Assembly: GCA_000934665.2 (NCBI GenBank)
Contig: KZ538442.1
Coordinates: forward strand, 50,001 to 70,000
Direction: 5' to 3'
Length of the DNA: 20,000 bases
Source of the DNA: Catajapyx aquilonaris
Lineage: Eukaryota
Shown here: positions 1 through 10,988 of the stretch, piece after piece
Layout of the letters: each line of letters starts with the position of its first letter
How positions within the stretch are numbered: position 1 is the first letter of the stretch
Translations under genes and position numbers: made by a program
Notes under the pieces: model-generated
Told to the model about the DNA's origin: nothing
The model's database searches: none
What the model saw: only the letters and a program-made list of their open reading frames with translations

Positions 1-1177
1 GAATCAATAATGAGTTTCCTTGAACAGAAATTAACCTTTAGTTTTTTTTAGAAAGGAGGGGGTGGCACGTGTTCGGATAACACCCCTCCACCTCTCTCCC
101 CCCTAACACCACTGTTTTTCTTCTTCTTTTTCCCCTTTAGTGAGAGAGAAGGTTGGAACGTGAATAAGACATCGCGGCGTGGAGATTTCATGGCCTATGG
201 TGGCTGAAATTTTCATGAGGATATTTTTTTCCTCCTTCTCCTCTCTTCTCTGAGGGAAGGTTTCGGGCGATGTTGCCGCGATTGGTACGTCTATAGCGTT
301 TCCAAGCTGTTGCAATCGATTACATTTGTTGAAGGAAAAGTTTCTTTGCAATCCCTGCCCCCCCACCTCCTCCCAACTTCTCTTCCTTCACTCAGTTCCT
401 CCGACAAATGTTGATTTCTTTCATCTTTCCGGTTCAAATGGTTTTCCAGTCATCAATTTATCACGTGCACTCCATCTACGGTGAGGTTGGGAGGATTGCA
501 AGGAAAATGTATTTTGTCATTCAGGAGCAAACCCCGGAGGAAATGCTTGCTTGCACAGTTTTAAAATTTTTTTGAATCACCTGCTGTCACTCTATTTCCA
601 GGAAAAGGAGCAGGCCTGTCAGAGTACGACTCACGGCTTTTGTCAGACGCCAGCCACTATGCGTGATAATTATAGTCGACATGTCTTACTTAAGTACATA
701 TTCGTGCGTGACTGCGTGTACGCTTTGCATTATTTGCTATCTTATACTGTATGCAGACGTATCACAATGATTTTGACAAACTTTTAGGGTGAACCTCTTG
801 GAACTTAGAGACCCACTGTGGAGCCTCAAAGCCTCATTACAGAGATAATGAGCTTCAAACGCAAGATGTAAAATATTCTGTCAGGTGTTCGTTCCTCGTC
901 CAAGCAACCTTGCCTTCCTGATATGCCATAAGTTAGTGTTGTAATGCAAATAAAAAAAATAACTGCGATCTTATTTGGTGTAGCAGGCAGTCACAGAGGT
1001 GATGGAAGTGTCACATGCTGCATTAAATGGATTAGTCACCGTTTAAGCAGCGATAATCACGTCAACTACTGCATTAAACGAGAAAATAACATCAGGGTCA
1101 CCACTCATTTCATTGTGAAAAAAACGCAATTATTAGATCCTGTTAATTTTGTTGAAAACCACTCTGTATTCAAAATG

Positions 1178-1198
1178 TGCGTCATGAGTCATGACGCA
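1178..1198. promoter_or_regulatory. Perfect 21-bp interrupted palindrome centred on an AP-1 site
   Basis: TGCGTCATGA-G-TCATGACGCA has 10-bp perfect arms. The core TGAGTCA (1185-1191) is the canonical AP-1/TRE site, flanked by CGTCA and TGACG half-CRE motifs. The palindrome is seen directly; function is inferred. Confidence 0.4.
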
Positions 1199-3529
1199 TT
1201 ATGCTGCAGATTGCCAGCTGGCATATTGTTAACTACTGGAGGCGGTGAAAAAGAAACACCGTGTTATTAAAACGCATGCAACACTAGTTTTGAGTTAGGC
1301 GAGAGGCAGGGCAGAGTATATCTCGCAATGCTGCTGTTTAACGTGCTTTTTTCAGTTTCCAGGCATACAGTAATGCAGATGGCCTTTAGCAGTCTTCTGG
1401 ATGTAAAAACCGTGAAAAAAATAACGGGGAAATCCCATCTATGGGGCGATGGTCATGCTTTGTGTGCGGCGCATGAGATGCATCACATGAAAGTGAGGCT
1501 TTTTCAGCGACAGAGCCGGGCTTACATGTGACCTATTATTAAGGCGAATTTTACGGTTTGAAAGAACAAGGCGCATTTTGCCAGCTCGATGCTTTTTAAT
1601 TAGATATGCTGCCGTGGTAGGATAAAATTTAGCGTGTCTGACTTATACCACCCAAATATTTAACGATGAGTCAAATGCATCGGGATGATATATAGTTTCA
1701 TTTTTCTGAATATTATAAAAAATAAGGAAAATATAAATAACGTGTCAATGAACTTTCGCCACATTTTTTATTTGTTATTTAATTAATAGGTATGCACGAT
1801 ATGTATAATTTGTAGGCTACTGTGTCATAAAGGTATGGCCAATTCTTTCATTGTAAGTAGTAAAACCTAATAAATTATTAGCATCATTGTGCAGGCTACT
1901 TCGAGAACAAAATGTGCTTTTCCGTAGGACGACAGAATAAAAGTTTTACAGTGCTTGACATATGCCGTTGGGGTTATCGCTGCAGGTATATACTGCAGAT
2001 GGCCTAGGCGAATGCTGTAGGTTGTATGGAGCCAGGGCACGTCTGACCTGAGCAGTTTTTTTTTGACATGCAGTATAGTCTTCAGAAAAGGTTACGGGGT
2101 TGGCAATGAATAAATGTTGAAAAATGTTACGCCATCTTGATGCGGAACAATATAGCATCCACAGTCCATGCAGGAAAATATTATTTCTAGGTTCGTTTAT
2201 TCGCATTGCCCCAGTGCCCTTCGTTGATCCCAACCATCTTCATTGTCTGTACGTTTAGCTATTGTAATACAGGCACAATTCATCGCACCTGTTTACTTCT
2301 CATGGAATAGTAACGTTGGGTTGTGTTAGCATAAAAATGTACATTGTTAGGAATTTAATCCTAAAACAAATAAGAAATGGCTTCCGTACATAACCTAACC
2401 AAACTGTTCCCATTTTGGATTAGAAGAGATATAAACATAACCTTGACACAGTTGATCTCTAGTAATCTACTGAAGTGGAGCATTGAGACCGACGGTACAA
2501 CTGTTCACCATCAACATACAGTATACAAGTACTGTACTGAACTGAAGTTGATAGCGTATGGTTTATTCTTCATCCTGGAAGTTGGACAACCTAAGCGCCT
2601 TTCTTGTTCTGCAAGACGAATACTTGTCAGGGGCTAGCCGAATCGGGGAGCCAACGAAGCTCATTGCTCTCCCGTAAATCCTGGGTGATTAGGAGTCAGT
2701 TACTTGGTGAAATAACGCTGTTTTGTTACTGCCTCCAGAGAGCCTGCAAGCTTGATTTATCGCTCCCCTAGTGTAACTGCACAAGTGGCGCAGAAAGGGA
2801 GCGTTTATTATTTATCGCCCGAGTCCTATCACCCGTATTTATTGCGTATCCTCTTGTGAATGCTGAAGCTAAATGTGCCGAGTGCTATGAATAGCATCGG
2901 TCATACGTTACAAAAACGGTGCGTTTCTCTAGTCCTCTATTGTTGAGTAGGTGCAGAGGCGAATTGCCTTCAAAGATAGCCACAAAAGTTAGCTACCTTA
3001 AAAGTACACGCAACTCATTTCACCGACACGCAATAAAATCCAACGCAATTTTACAGCGCACTTGACGCAAACTGCTGCAGCACAGGTTGACACGACATCT
3101 GAGGGATTTCAAAATGAATGCTGTCCTCTATCCCTCTGTACTGTTTTTTTGTGATGGAAGGTATCATAAGCACTCCTTTGGTTTCTTGGATGTCGGACAC
3201 GAGGGAGACATCCCCCCCACAAAGCTCAGCCGCTTACTTTCGAGGGATCAAAGTGGTGCAGTCGCGACTCATCTACGGTGATGATGTTTTCATGTTCGCC
3301 GAATGTGCCGGAGTAGCAGCAGGTTTTCGGCGCCGCCTGCTGCTGCTCATTGCCACGGTTGCCATGGGAAAGGGGGATGCTGCTGAAGTCTGCTTCTATC
3401 CCTCGATATACCAAGGCCCACTTTACTCTCGAGCACGTTTCGTCCACTTGTATGCATCATGGCACGATTAGCAGGAAGATTCATCCAGGGTGTTTATGGC
3501 CGGCCCGACATTCCTCCCTAGATGGGTTT

Positions 3530-3588
3530 TAATAGTAGATAGTAGTAATGATAATAATGATGATGATAATAATATTAATAATAATAAT
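3530..3588. repeat. Imperfect trinucleotide microsatellite (TAA/TGA/TAG)n
   Basis: taatagtagatagtagtaatgataataatgatgatgataataatattaataataataat. Confidence 0.9.
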
Positions 3589-4391
3589 ATCTGGCCCAAG
3601 AGCAGATTTTGGCTGCAAGCTGGGATTGATCGAGTGCTTTAGGATTTGATGAGGATTTTCTTGCTAATGGCAAATATTGGTTTTAAAATACCGGTGCATA
3701 TTGATTATTCCCTGGATTAGTGCTTCGGTCCGAGTGCGTTTCGAAACATTACCATTATTGAGAATTGAGCAAACACTAATTCTGGTGAATCAAGGGCGTA
3801 CGATGGCAAAAAAGGAGGGAAAGGTAAAAGCTTGTGCAAACGTTTGGCTTAAACAGTGTAAGAGGGCTGTCCCGCCAGCTCCTTTTTTTTTATCCAGTCG
3901 TGAAAGGTGGAATATGGCTTCATTTACTGCACAGGTAGTCCTAATAACACAGCTTAGTGAATAGGTTACTTTCAGATATATGAGAGCAAAGGCATAACAG
4001 AGACTATAGTGACAAAAGAAAGGTAAAGAGAGTTGAAAAGTGGCCCTCCATTTATCGGATCAGTGCTGTCAACTCTGATGGCATTTTCCTCCTCTCTGCA
4101 CCATTGACGGCACATGTTATTATCGCCGTTTTGGAAACTAACGCTACACACATGGGACTTTTTGACAGAAAAAATGCGGGAATCGCCTGTAGCGAATTAT
4201 ATAGCCAAATGCACGAATACATTATTATTGCATAGGAGGCTATTGCATGCACGAATATTGTACTAGTGCTACCAAAATTTGTAATCAGCGTGTGGATGAA
4301 ATGAAATGATTAGAGTGCAGGCGAGCTAAATACCGGAGATATTACGGGCTGACCACGCAATCCGTTGATAATAATCCTGCCTTCTTTCCAG

Positions 4392-4409
4392 CTCTCTCTC
4401 TCTCTCTCT
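4392..4409. repeat. (CT)9 microsatellite at the start of a ~220-bp pyrimidine-rich tract (~4378-4600)
   Basis: Read directly from the sequence. Confidence 0.95.
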
Positions 4410-4664
4410 GTGCCCTCTCTCTGATATGTATTTTTTTCCCCAGCTAGGCTCTATGTTCCAGAGTCCCCTTTATCTATCCCGCCCCATCCCACCCGCCCGC
4501 CCACTCTTTCCCTTTTGGTCTCTTTGTACCTGCACCGCTTCTCTTTCACTTCCTCTTCTATCTCTCGCTTTCTCTATTGGCTCTGTGCCAACTCTCCCGA
4601 TCAATATTGACAGTCCATATCCGGCGTTGCCAAAAATATCCCCACCCCATCAGCATCCCTCATA

Positions 4665-4678
4665 TCGTGACGTCACGA
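4665..4678. promoter_or_regulatory. Perfect 14-bp palindrome containing a full CRE site
   Basis: TCGTGACGTCACGA; the core TGACGTCA (4668-4675) is the canonical CREB/ATF site. Function is inferred. Confidence 0.4.
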
Positions 4679-5959
4679 GGGAGATTTAAATAATGGTGTC
4701 TACAGCTCCTGGGTATTTCCCGACTCTAACGTGTACTCATCATGAGGTATGACCAAATCGACAGGTTTTTGAGTTGGTGTATGTAACAATGATGTTTACA
4801 GTTAGTTGACTAGGTCGGCACGATGTGTTAACACTTTACAGGCGTAATTGCTAACTGTATTACATATGGACAGTATCGCACTTTGGCAGTTGGCAGGATA
4901 TAATTAGAATATCTGTCGCTAATTGTTGCCTTCGGTTCAGTCTGTGCCTTGCCAGATCATTCTGGTCATTAGTGGCGTGCACGATAAAAAAAACAAACTC
5001 TGGGCCCTGAGGCAATGCTGCGCGGTGAAGGACTAATTTATTCCATGCCTGCTCACCCAAAACCGCTAAAGTTTCATTACAAAACGAAGTAACGAACCGA
5101 GGTCTGAGTTGGGGGTATGTAGAAGCGTGCTTTTGCCGCTAAGTTTACACGGGATCGGAGAAAATCACCGAAAGAGCCAACGTAGGTCGTTCTAGTCAAT
5201 CTATAGCATCTGAGTGTGACGAAAACAGCCGTTTAAAAAAAATGGTGGGATGGATGATGACATGCATGTGAAAGAATGTGAACTTTCTAATGGAGGTAGG
5301 CTATTAGCGTGTGTACAATATGGAGAGGGGTGAAACTTTTCTTCCAGGGCATCGCACCCATCGTGATACTTACAAGTTAGTCCTACTGTAGGTAGAGGAC
5401 CATCTTTCTCCGAAACTTCAGGCCAAGGTTGTCGACTAAAGCTAAGATTAATTATTACTTAGCATCCGTGTGATGGACGGAGCAGCATATACAGAATTAT
5501 TTAGTAAAGGGATTTACCAGCTGCCTTCTGAGCTTGCTCATATAGGGATTTTAAGGCAAATACGTGCTTTAGTAACTGTCACTATACTGTAACACGTGAG
5601 CGGCACTCAAGGCTGAAGTTTTCTCTGCAATGGCGCAAGTACATACTCCAGCTGTTGTACAGGTACACATACTCTAATTAAAATTAAAGAATAATCACCG
5701 AGACATTTCCCTACAAGAGAGGGATCCAATACTAAAATGGGTCAAGTTCCCACAAATTATAATTATCCGTGAAACGATCTTTCAATTACAGTGCAAAAAG
5801 TTTCCCCCCCAAAGGCATGCTGAACTTATAGCCGTGCAGGAATATTGAATATCATTTAAAAACAAACTGTACCGTCAGTAATATAAAAATGTAAAAATAT
5901 ATGTTGGATATTTATCAAGGGGTTAACCACTCCGGTGTACACCTGCAGTGTCACTCCCA

Positions 5960-6006
5960 GGTACTCTTTAGGTACCTTACTCTTTGGTACTCCTTGGTAC
6001 TCCTTG
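5960..6006. repeat. Short degenerate tandem repeat, 10-bp unit GGTACTC(C/T)TT, about 4 copies
   Basis: GGTACTCTTT (5960), a disrupted copy GGTACCTTACTCTTT (5971), GGTACTCCTT (5986) and GGTACTCCTT (5996). Confidence 0.8.
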
Positions 6007-7791
6007 AATTTGATACTCAGTGGACACTTTACAGTGGAGTTGATTTTTATATTGGCTATTTTATTAATATTTATTTGATATTTTCACACCCCGCCCCGGA
6101 TGGTGGAGGCCCACTGTACTTACTGTACTTGTATTTTTGTGTAGTATTTTTAAAAACTTTTATTAATATTACAATAGCAGCCTTTTTCACAATTTACTGT
6201 ACGCGGGGCATTTAAATTGTTAAAAATAGCGATGCAGCATGTAGGACGTTCACCACTGACATTAGCTTCTGATGCCTTTCCTTGTCCCACGCAGACTTTT
6301 CATGTCATGCCGTATTTGTGTATGCAAGGTGTGGGCGAATGTGGGTGTAGTGATAGCTCAGAAATGTTATAGTTCATAGCCCCAAAAGCAGATGACCTTT
6401 CTGACCCCAAGCCATTTTCGGGGATTCATTTCTTATTGACCATCATGTGCGGAATAACGTGTTGTCTTGCGTCACGTATCAGAGATTGATTTCGATATCC
6501 CCTGAAACCGTTCTTGGGGAATATCATCATGGGGCAAAACCATGGCGTCCTCCGGAAGTAGCTACTGTAGATGCCTGAAAGCGAGTTAATAATATTGAAG
6601 CTTGTCTTTTAAAATCTACTAAATACATGTTTCACGCTAGTTCTAATTAGGCCCACCGGCAGCTTCTCGGAAGGTTCCATCAATTTAATGAAGAATCAAC
6701 TGGATCGTACACTGCCCAAGTCTCCAATCAAAGTTTTTTCTTCGATTTTTCTCTGTGGTTGGAAATTTGGGCCATTATGGAAAAGAAGCCTCATTTTAAA
6801 TATTGACGACTATACATAAAGGAACGTTTTTATTTTTTAACACATAGTACGGTTTAACCAAATGACAAAAAGTCACAAGTCATTATCTTTATTAATAACA
6901 TTTAATTGGAAACTGAATAGCCATTGTGTAGCAGGTCAAAATCGATGAAGTGGCTCAAATGATGTCAACTTTTCTGTCGAATAATTTTTATCCTCGTACA
7001 AATCTATTACTTGATCTCTGGGCATGCCTGAAGGAATCTGATGTTTTGATGATTTTGTCCTTTGGGGATTCCCCAGAAAAAAAGCAGTGTCATTTTCTCG
7101 ACTTTTGGTTCTGGACTATACGCACAAACACCTTTCATTTCTCACCTGATTGCTATGCAATGTGACATATCGGTTTTTGGGGGACCTGAGTAAACTTCCT
7201 TCTCAGCCCAGCCCCATGGCATAACTCTTTGGTAAGGTGTTCCTATATGCTGGTGTCTGACAAAGTGTCACCTCTACTAGACACCATCCCCAGGATCACG
7301 TCATCCAATTTGAAGTGCTAACAAATGGCGTCGACATGATAGCCCAAGTTTTCTGGAGTGCAAATTCCGGGTGCTGGGTATTCTGTCCCTTGGCCGAGAG
7401 AGGCCTAAGCATTGGATGGCACCCTGGACATAAAAGTAATGGCAAAAAATGAGGTCGGAGAGATGGAGTCATCAGTCAGTGCGGAATGGGAGGCGATTTG
7501 GCGGCAGCTGCGTGGTGGCGCTGGCGTCGGCTGCCTCTGACGGCTCATTCATTTCAGACTTCTTTTTCTTTTCTTCTTTTTTTTCTCCTCTATTCCTTCC
7601 TCCCTGCTCCTTCCCCCTACTCTCTTTTGCGGCAGCCCCGGAATTTCTAGGCCCTGTATCGACCACGTGCCTGTCTTTTCCCCCCCTCCCTTTATTTCCA
7701 ACCCCCCCTTCTCGATTCGATAAATCCTCACGCACAGATTGCCACTTGGGAAATGTACCACACTTTGCTGAACGGTTTGCTCATAGTGGGC

Positions 7792-7807
7792 CTCTCTCTC
7801 TCTCTCT
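7792..7807. repeat. (CT)8 microsatellite within a pyrimidine-rich region (~7555-7860)
   Basis: Read directly from the sequence. This low-complexity region explains the overlapping F/S/L/P-rich and K/E/R/G-rich spurious ORFs. Confidence 0.9.
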
Positions 7808-9524
7808 CCCCCTAGGTTTTTTTCTCTTATTTTTTTTCGTCTATCGCTGCCATTTACTTCTGGCGGGGGAACCATGGCATGCTCAGGGAACTTGATGTGC
7901 ATATATAAGAGGAGCTGTGGAATTTGCACGGGGATGGTGGGGTAACTGGATCAAGGGCAACTGCGGAGGATTTTTTATTTTATTTTTAATGGTGGAGGGT
8001 TATAGGGTGGTGCATTGCCGAGTCACATGTTCAATGCGGATATGTGCCAAATTCATTGTTGCTTTTAATATTTTGGAGTAGCCCAAACGAATCATACCAT
8101 CTCTTAAACAGGGCACCAACCTGTACAGCAGAAAATAATTCGCAACACATTTTTAAACAGCATATATTTTGTAAGCAGGAAAAATGTGTTTTAGAGTGGA
8201 CATTTTCAAAAGGGTAAATATGCATAGCATGTGAGTTAAATAATGAATGGATAACTCGGGAGTATGTGCGGTGTTGGTTTTTAAAGCTCCTTCCGGTGCT
8301 GATGAATAGTGAAAAAGATAGCGCGAAATAGAACGTTGTGACCGTATACTAAGTAATGCAGTGCTTCCTCCGTACGTACTCTTTAATATGCGCATATTTC
8401 CAGTACGTTTTATCAGAAAATTTTGAAGTTATAGTCTGAGGAACATTTTCTGAAAGTACAGTGTAGCATGCATTAGTTATGTCGAAGAGCCTTTGCCATA
8501 CCAAATCGAAAAGTCAGCACGACTACCGCAAAATGTAACGCAATTTTAAGCTGTCACATTCCATTAAGATTGGCGCGGTGATAGAGTCGCACATGCAAAA
8601 CTTGGCCAGGTTTCATTCCTTGCCTGGTGCCTTGTTAATACTTTGTCCCACTTTAGTAACGATTAGAAGCCAGTTCAATTAAGAGGAAAGAAATGCAAAA
8701 AAAAGGTTCCAAATGTGTACACAAGATTTTCTTTCAGTATTACATAATGAAGAAAATGATACAACTTTGTAACTTCATCCGGTGTGGGCAAATGAAGAAG
8801 AAACATACTCTCTTTGTGGCTTACGTTATTTCTTCTATTTCTGCCGAAAAGAGCAGTGATGACGGCTTTTTATTTTGATCCGTGGCATCCAATTTTGTGA
8901 AAATTGCTTTAAAATAAAAGCACATATCCGTATAGTAAGTCGATGTACGGCCATCTCATGATAGGGTCATTTCTGAGGCCCACGAAAGTTTTTAGCAGCC
9001 AATTTCAGGTCGTAAAACCAGGCTTAGAGGGAGGCAGACAAGCATAATTTGTACTTGTACAACATATTTTGTCATATCATGCTTTCTATACAGGGCTTCT
9101 GCAGAAGCCTGTGTATTGAGCCAGAATGTGCTACAGTTACATGGCATTTACAAAAAAATTACAAATAAAAATATTTCAGTGTTTTTTCAGATTACAAATG
9201 GAGCAATATATTCGCACTGCTGTAGTGCATCTGCAAATTTTAGTGACGTACGTTAATAAATTGTTATGATGTGTTTGATTGTATACTGAACTGTGTCACT
9301 CTCGCTGCTCATTGTGATCATACAAAAGGTTTTGTTTAATGGAAGGGCTGTCCGCATTTTCCAACATAAAACAAATATGATTTTTGACTTTTTGATTTAA
9401 TAAGTAATAAATCAATGTTCATCATTGCAAATACGTAGTTGAGACCATTTTAGTATTCTCCATAATGTTGGATTTCAGACATTCCAGTGAGGTGCAGTTG
9501 GACGTATTGGTTTTTATTTATAAC

Positions 9525-9545
9525 TAGAGAACGGATTTCTAGGTT
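9525..9545 (+). repeat. Left terminal inverted repeat (21 bp) of the hAT element
   Basis: 21/21 reverse-complement match to 10268-10288; immediately preceded by TSD TTTATAAC. Confidence 0.95.
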
Positions 9546-10267
9546 TTTACCTACTTTTTCTTTTGTAGGCAGAACACCGGAACCAAAATATCTATCCGTT
9601 TCATAACACAAGGACCTCAAAAATCGCAGTTTTATCCTCCTGACGCCCAGCGTACAGCCCTCTAGCCATTGGGTTTTAAAATTTAAAAAAAAAATTTAAA
9701 ATTTAAAAAATATTTTAAAAAATATTCTGGGCTTCAGGAGGTTATAGAACCTAAAAATGCCTATTTCGGGTGTTGGGACCTAAATGGCCCATTAGCACCT
9801 ATTAGTGCCTATTTCGACCTTTTTCACGCCATTCGGTAAGATTTTCGAGAGTTCTGCAGGTTTTCCGTTCAAGGAATCCCTTCACTTCAACCTGTGACAA
9901 GCGAAGAAGCGGTTGATCGGAAAGATCCCGCGTAATATGCCGTTAACAGCCATTGCGAGTCGAAATAACTGTTATTAATAGCCGTTAAATAAGCTGCTAC
10001 ATTCGGCCCGACGGATTTTCTATCGGCCATATCGGCTCCCCGTGAGGGAGCATCTTAACTGTCGCCGAATAACTGCGATTAGCCAACGAAAATATGTAAT
10101 AACTGCTAGCTCGTTACTGTGCTGCAAAATTCCATGGCCAGGAGTAGGCTGTAAATATGTGTAGAAATTAAAATAAATTAGAACCAGCTTGATTTATAGT
10201 GCCTATTTAAGAGCCTATTTTGACTGTTTTCAGGGCCTAAATGCCTACCTATTTGAGGGTTTTTCAG

Positions 10268-10288
10268 AACCTAGAAATCCGTTCTCTA
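10268..10288 (-). repeat. Right terminal inverted repeat (21 bp) of the hAT element
   Basis: 21/21 reverse-complement match to 9525-9545; immediately followed by TSD TTTATAAC. Confidence 0.95.
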
Positions 10289-10894
10289 TTTATAACCTAT
10301 GTAGGCTACCATGTAGAACTCATAATGACAGTTTTAACCTCGTTGAAAAGCATTTTTTTAATACGAAGAAAGACCTTCTGGCTGCATTGTGGTAGAGAGG
10401 GAAAATAGGAGTTGCTCTACTGTTTGTATGCCTGTGTATGTAAAATGAGCCGAGTTTAGCGAGTGCATTATTAATGAGAAGAAAATTATTTAAAAAGTGT
10501 ACTATTTCACAGTATAATTATGCCCGTCCTCGTAACCTACATTGTTCGCATTTTTGGTTAAGAAAGTATTTCACTACCTTTCTTCCTCGGGTAAGTTTCA
10601 GTGAATGGACCCTGACTTGAAAATAATAATTAGTGTTTCCATAGGGAAGCCCCTTCCCCAGCACAGTACTATCTTACGAAGACGAAATAGACCAGTAAAA
10701 GGCAGTTCGTCCTTGCATCTGAACTTTTAAAAATGTTTTCTCCCACTCTAAAGAATGTGTACCTTTGCCTTCCAGCGTTTCCTTCATTTACAAAGTTTCC
10801 AGACAGTCATTAAAAATCTATAGCGCATGCTGTGCATAAAATAGTAGCCTATTTGGCGAATCTCTTGAGAAAAACAAGCACTGTTACATGTAAA

Positions 10895-10988
10895 CTCTTC
10901 TTTTGTTTCAGGTAAGATAGAGTTTCATGTCTACTTGGCAACCTCGCCGCAAGGTAAATGATGCTCTCTAGCCGGCCAACCGGTAAGT
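10895..10988 (+). other. Candidate recursive splice site (ratchet point) with an associated RS exon or microexon
   Basis: CTCTTCTTTTGTTTCAG|GTAAGA: a pyrimidine tract and CAG acceptor (AG at 10910-10911, no other AG from 10879) directly abut a near-consensus donor. Downstream donors are AAG|GTAAAT (GT at 10954) and CCG|GTAAGT (GT at 10983). Confidence 0.55.

Larger units (their letters stand above)
9525..10288. mobile_element. Non-autonomous hAT-superfamily DNA transposon (MITE-like), 764 bp, structurally intact
   Basis: Left TIR TAGAGAACGGATTTCTAGGTT (9525-9545) is the exact reverse complement of AACCTAGAAATCCGTTCTCTA (10268-10288). An identical 8-bp TSD, TTTATAAC, lies at 9517-9524 and 10289-10296. 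An 8-bp TSD, termini fitting YARNG and a target fitting nTnnnnAn are hAT (Ac-type) hallmarks. There is no internal transposase ORF. Confidence 0.93.

Noticed and set aside
3358..3371. RFX X-box-like GTTGCCATGGGAAA
   Set aside because: The second half-site deviates from RGYAAC at two positions and there is no promoter context.
5473..5494. TGGACGGAG..., resembling the 5' end of miR-184
   Set aside because: Only the first 9 nt match and there is no precursor-length hairpin. By-eye checks for other conserved miRNAs (let-7, miR-10, iab-4, miR-31, miR-34 and others) gave at most seed-level matches.
5915..5930. AAGGGGTTAA as a piggyBac right end
   Set aside because: No complementary TTAACCCCTT left end was found in the window.
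7902..7909. TATA-like TATATAAG
   Set aside because: I could not support a downstream initiator, exon or ORF, and the word is common in AT-rich DNA.
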